64,000 bases of DNA from an uncultured Acidimicrobiales bacterium (GTDB lineage: Bacteria > Actinomycetota > Acidimicrobiia > Acidimicrobiales > UBA10347). Shown one piece after another: positions 59,896 to 64,000 of this stretch; positions within the stretch are counted from its first letter, which is position 1, and each line of letters starts with the position of its first letter. The position numbers and the translations under genes were made by a program. The notes beneath the pieces were generated by a model that made no database searches, was not told where the DNA came from, and saw only the letters and a program-made list of their open reading frames with translations. The stretch spans positions 1 through 64,000 of the forward strand of contig CALSSD010000012.1 in assembly GCA_943788915.1 (NCBI GenBank), given 5' to 3'.

Positions 59896-60800
59896 CAGTT
59901 TTTCACACCGTTTTTGTCAACTGCATAGTGGCGCATGAAGAGTTCTTCGAGGGTCGGCGGCTGACTCTCGATGGCCACGATTCCCAGATTCGCAATGTGG
60001 TTCATGACCTCGCCGAGTTTCGCGTTGGCCACGTTGAATGACGCGTGATGGTCGTCAGGGGCAACAAAGTCCGACACGCCGTCGACCGTGGCCATCTCGG
60101 CGATGGGTTCGGTGGTGGTGATGGTGAAGGAAGTTCTCGTCAGGTGTCGAAGTTCGGCCAACGTTCCGGCCTCGACGGTTCGTCCGTCGCGGATGATCGT
60201 CACCTGATCACACAATGATTCGACCTCGGCCAGGATGTGGCTGGACAGGAGCACTGTCTTTCCGTCGGTCAGCATCTCGCCAATCGTGTTCTGGAAGACG
60301 GTCTCCATTAGCGGGTCGAGCCCGGAGGTCGGTTCGTCGAAGATGAACAGCTCAGCGTTGCCAGCTAGGGCGGCAATGAGGGCCACCTTTTGCCGGTTGC
60401 CCTTGGAATATGTGCGGCTCTTCTTGGTCGGGTCGAGGTCGAACCTCTCGATCATGTCGTCCCGTCGTTTCGGGTCGAGACCCGAACCAAGTCGACTGAA
60501 GAGATCTATGATCTCGCCGCCCGTCAGCCCAGGCCACAGGTTGACATCGCCTGGCACGTACGCGATTCGTTTATGGAGTTCGACGGCGTCAGTCCAAGGA
60601 TCTTGCCCGAGCACCCGCACCTGGCCAGAATCGTGGTGCAGGATTCCCATGAGGACGCGGATTGCGGTGGACTTTCCCGAGCCGTTCGGTCCGAGAAAGC
60701 CCATGACCTGTCCGGGTTCGACCCGAAGCTCTAACTCATCGAGGGCCTGTGTTGTGCCGAACGCCTTGGAGACCGTCTGCACATGGATAGCTGCCGGCAT
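59895..60800 (-). CDS. ABC exporter ATP-binding protein
   Basis: GPNGSGKST, YSKGNRQK, FDEPTSGLDP, SSH. Confidence 0.95.
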   Translation of the reverse strand: MPAAIHVQTVSKAFGTTQALDELELRVEPGQVMGFLGPNGSGKSTAIRVLMGILHHDSGQVRVLGQDPWTDAVELHKRIAYVPGDVNLWPGLTGGEIIDLFSRLGSGLDPKRRDDMIERFDLDPTKKSRTYSKGNRQKVALIAALAGNAELFIFDEPTSGLDPLMETVFQNTIGEMLTDGKTVLLSSHILAEVESLCDQVTIIRDGRTVEAGTLAELRHLTRTSFTITTTEPIAEMATVDGVSDFVAPDDHHASFNVANAKLGEVMNHIANLGIVAIESQPPTLEELFMRHYAVDKNGVKN

Positions 60801-60891
60801 GCTGTCTCCGGGTCCTGAGTGAGTTCAATCAGCGTAACAACCATTGCGATTCTGGGTTCAGAGGAAGTCTTCGCTTGCGCATGGAGAAACA

Positions 60892-60918
60892 CTCTGCCTG
60901 CTCGTAGAACAGGCAGAG
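60892..60918. other. 9-bp inverted repeat (terminator or operator)
   Basis: CTCTGCCTG-N9-CAGGCAGAG between the AhpD-like gene and the ABC gene. Confidence 0.45.
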
Positions 60919-61004
60919 GTCAAGGTGCTTGCGGTGATTGCCCAAGGAAACCTGAAACTTGTGCAGGTGTGATGTGGGCGTTTGGGATAGGGCGCTAAAG
61001 CCGA

Positions 61005-61571
61005 CTAGTAGAATCCGACTCGATCATCGCCGACGTCGACACCTAAACCTGCCAACGATCGATTCGAATAGTTGAACACGCTGCAAACCTGGTTGACCTC
61101 GAGTATCTCTCCATCGTCAGCGCCTGCGTTTTGCATGACTTCAATGTCGTCGCGGGTGATCTCACCGGGCGTGAGTGTGAGTTTCTTGGTGTAGCGCAAT
61201 AGTTCCAGCTGTTTGCCGTCGAAGGCGTCTTCGAAGCGATCCGCGGCCATCGCTTCGTCGATTTCGGCTTGGCGAGCCGGATCATTGAGAAGCCGTCGGT
61301 AGTTTGAGCCGTGATGGGTCGGCGAGTAGGTGCAATTGAGCAAGATCCCCGTGTACGTCGCTACGAGTTCCAAGAACCAGAGTTGGAGTTGGACGTCAGG
61401 GTGATGAAGAACAGCCCGGTACAGCAGGTCATGCCCCAGAATCGTTTGGGGACGCAAACTCTTTGAGATGTAGACATTGTCGTAGGTCCCATGAGGTGAC
61501 TTCGTCTTCTCATAGATCTCCTTCAATTCGCCCTTGGCCTGGTCAGGTGGGATGGTTTGTATCCACGTCAT
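61005..61571 (-). CDS. AhpD/carboxymuconolactone decarboxylase-like peroxidase-related protein
   Basis: MTWIQTI..., SLRP, E.VA, NCTYS..HHG, KLT..P, EILE.NQV...FNY.NR...GLG. Confidence 0.85.
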   Translation of the reverse strand: MTWIQTIPPDQAKGELKEIYEKTKSPHGTYDNVYISKSLRPQTILGHDLLYRAVLHHPDVQLQLWFLELVATYTGILLNCTYSPTHHGSNYRRLLNDPARQAEIDEAMAADRFEDAFDGKQLELLRYTKKLTLTPGEITRDDIEVMQNAGADDGEILEVNQVCSVFNYSNRSLAGLGVDVGDDRVGFY

Positions 61572-62503
61572 GTCAAGTCTTCCCCTTTTGCGTTACGTGG
61601 CCTCCATCCTGCCGCCAGCACCAGCACGACAGTTGCCGTCGACATCATGGACACATTCGATGGCACGAGGGCCAATGAAACGGGTGGCTCTGGCTTCGAG
61701 CCAGCTGGGGGCCGAGTAGTGGTGGATGGCGATGCGGCGCTGGGCGATCTTGTACGTGGTGCTTGAGCGCAAGTCCCAGGCCGAGGCTCGCAGCGTTTAT
61801 GGACGCGGCCAGACTTGCCTGGGCTTTGGCGCCTACAGCCCGCGCTCTTCGCAGAACTCCTTCTCAGCAACGGCCTGAAGGAGCTCAACCAAACCAGGGG
61901 TACACCCATATGTTGCCGTTGGTCTACGACGGCTCCTAAGCCCGTGACGATAGATCCAGGCGATTGGCGCGATTCCGGGCTGGAGAACCCACGCCGCTGG
62001 CTATGGATGATCCGCCTAAAACATCGACTCGAAGGACCTCGGTGGGCCTTCGATCCAGTTGGTACTGTGTGGCTCGGAAGATCAGGGATGTCGAGATGGC
62101 CGAGCCAGTGGTCCTGATTGGGACTGAGCGCCACGTGCTGCGCGACGCCAGCCACGGACCCCGGGTTATCGGGCGCGAATATCGGGCGGACGCGCAGACT
62201 AGATCGACGACCTCATCTCCTGTAGGCCTCACGTGTCTCAGCATCTGCGCATCGTGGACGAATGCAACGCCCCGCTCGAAAGGCGCGTCGTGTCCGCCGC
62301 CAACGGGTCCAAAGCTGACGACTCGCGCTTGCCCGCGCCGACTATGCGTCCCCTGCAACCAAACGCATTTGCACGCTTCAGGTGGCACCATGTGTGGGTC
62401 GAGACTGGGTCGAGAACGCTCGGTAGTCGCGGCCTGCAGCACAACCGGGTGCGCTGCACTACCGGCGACATGCAGGTAATCGCTGTCAAGGGGAAGATCT
62501 TGG

Positions 62504-62671
62504 TCATTGTTCGGGTCCGCTCTGGTTGAGGAGTTTGGTGAAGAGTTCGGTTCGTTGGGTTTGGTCGTGGGCAGCGGCGTGGTCGCGTTGGCGGAGCACG
62601 ACTGGTTGAAATGTTTGGTCGGTGGTGAAGTGGACGCAGGTCTCGCAGATTGATTCGAAGCTGCAGTCGAG
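62504..62671 (-). pseudogene. C-terminal remnant of a tyrosine recombinase (RIT/Tn554-like element type)
   Basis: Manual translation LDCSFESICETCVHFTTDQTFQPVVLRQRDHAAAHDQTQRTELFTKLLNQSGPEQ*; not in the ORF track; family call from recall. Confidence 0.6.
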
Positions 62672-63025
62672 TTGAAGCGGTGAAGGCCGGTGGGATCGAT
62701 CGCAGGCGCTGCTGAATCGGCAGTTCCCTGTAGCGGTCGGTGTGGGAGACGGGGCAGCGTTCGCTCAGGTCGGCCAGGATCTTGGGGGAATGCGCAGCTC
62801 CGCATCGCTGAGGTGATCGAAGTCGGTCGCCCGGTCTTCGACTGGCGGGACGATCAGCCATGGGCTGCTCCCGTTTGGCTTGCGTCGATTTGCTCTATCA
62901 CCACTCCTTCGGTTCCGTCGCCGATCGCTCGATGCCGGAACTGCCGATACCCGGACGTACTATCGAACGGCCCGGACATGCCGACGCGATCGCGCCGGGT
63001 CCGATTCGACCGAGGAGACAGAACA

Positions 63026-63937
63026 ATGACCGAGCAACTGGGATTCGACGGCAGGGTCGCGATCGTCACCGGGGGCGGAGGTGGTCTCGGTCGCGAGCAT
63101 GCGTTGATGCTGGCTTCGCGAGGCGCCCTCGTCGTCGTCAACGATCTCGGCGGCGCGGTCGACGGCACCGGTAGCGACAAGGGCGCGGCCGAGCGGGTGG
63201 TCGACGAGATCAAGACGGCGGGAGGCGAAGCCGTCGCCGACACCAACTCGGTGGCGACCGCCGAGGGCGGCGCCGCGATCGTGCAGACGGCCCTTGATGC
63301 CTACGAGCATGTCGACATCGTGATCAACAACGCCGGCATCCTGCGCGACAAGGCGTTCCACAACATGACGCCCGAGCAGTTCGAGTCGGTACTCGACGTG
63401 CACCTGCGGGGCGCCTTCCACGTCACGCAGCCGGCGTGGCCCCATATGCGCGAGCAGAACTACGGCCGCGTCGTGTTGACGTCGTCGGCAGCCGGGGTGT
63501 TCGGCAACTTCGGTCAGGTGAACTATGGGGCTGCGAAGATGGCGCTGGTCGGTTTCGCCAACGCGCTGGCGATCGAGGGGGCCCGGTTCAACATCCTGGC
63601 CAATGCGATCACGCCGGTCGCCGAGACCCGGATGACCGAGGACCTGATCGCTGGCGGCGGGCTCGCCGGCAAGATCGGTCCCGAGTATGTTGCGCCACTC
63701 GTGACCTACCTGTGCCACGAGTCGTGCGAGGCGACCGGGCGCGTCTTCACGGTCGGCGGTGGCCGCGTCGCGGAGGTTTTCATCGCCGAAGGGCCCGGCT
63801 TCGTCGACGCCGACCTCTCGCCCGAATCGATCCGGGACCACTGGGACGAGGTCGTCGACCAGGACGGCTACACCGTGCCGCGCAACGCCAACGACGAGCT
63901 CCGCTTCTTCCTAAAGCAGCTTGGCTCCCGGCTCTAG
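63026..63937 (+). CDS. SDR oxidoreductase, MFE-2/HSD17B4-like hydroxyacyl-CoA dehydrogenase
   Basis: TGGGGGLGREHA, VVVNDLGG, NNAGILRD, GNFGQVNYGAAK; AGGAG RBS, ATG 63026. Confidence 0.93.
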   Translation: MTEQLGFDGRVAIVTGGGGGLGREHALMLASRGALVVVNDLGGAVDGTGSDKGAAERVVDEIKTAGGEAVADTNSVATAEGGAAIVQTALDAYEHVDIVINNAGILRDKAFHNMTPEQFESVLDVHLRGAFHVTQPAWPHMREQNYGRVVLTSSAAGVFGNFGQVNYGAAKMALVGFANALAIEGARFNILANAITPVAETRMTEDLIAGGGLAGKIGPEYVAPLVTYLCHESCEATGRVFTVGGGRVAEVFIAEGPGFVDADLSPESIRDHWDEVVDQDGYTVPRNANDELRFFLKQLGSRL

Positions 63938-64000
63938 CTGTACGTGAACACGATGTTGGTGACAGATCACTGAGGGGTTGAGATCTGCTGGATCATTGTG

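Noticed and set aside
61568..62861. Several overlapping 100-290 aa ORFs as genes
   Set aside because: No motifs, Arg/Pro/Ser-biased composition and mutual overlap; typical spurious high-GC frames.
62690..63025. 112-aa N-terminal extension on the SDR
   Set aside because: AGGAG precedes ATG 63026, where family similarity starts; the extension is not protein-like.
1..64000. CRISPR array, rRNA, or sel machinery (selA/B/C/D) in the window
   Set aside because: None recognised; the selenoprotein call depends on genes elsewhere in the genome.

Overview
A roughly 60% GC actinobacterial chromosome segment; the gene set and protein styles suggest Acidimicrobiia, which is an inference. Bases 1-18.5 kb are mostly core genome: a T7SS/FtsK-type ATPase with a small helical partner, an HTH_17 protein, phoH-ybeY-hlyC/corC-era, a DinG-like helicase, uppS-recO-glyQS, a PPDK lacking its whole ATP-binding domain, dnaG-rpoD and tRNA-Asn. 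Between tRNA-Asn and a CAU tRNA (probably Ile2) lies a decayed 4.9 kb integrative island: truncated tyrosine integrase, truncated IS256, two IS3 elements and an orphan lipoprotein. Three near-identical 1283-bp IS5-family copies sit in CTAG sites and each splits a gene. The best finding is missed by the ORF track: an AhpC/TSA-like redoxin gene at 36582..36010 (-) that reads through an in-frame TGA in a U-x-x-C motif, followed by a SECIS-like hairpin, i.e. a probable selenoprotein. It sits at the head of a co-oriented sulfur-handling cluster (GntR, lipoprotein rhodanese, persulfide dioxygenase-rhodanese fusion, SulP, YeeE/YedE pair) with candidate GntR operators. The rest is accessory metabolism plus gene decay: frameshifted gpsA, a triply damaged Ser/Thr kinase with an unusual duplicated His/Asp-rich ectodomain, a GAMT-like methyltransferase and several gene remnants. 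No CRISPR array or rRNA was seen. All calls come from reading the sequence and recalling motifs; no searches were run.
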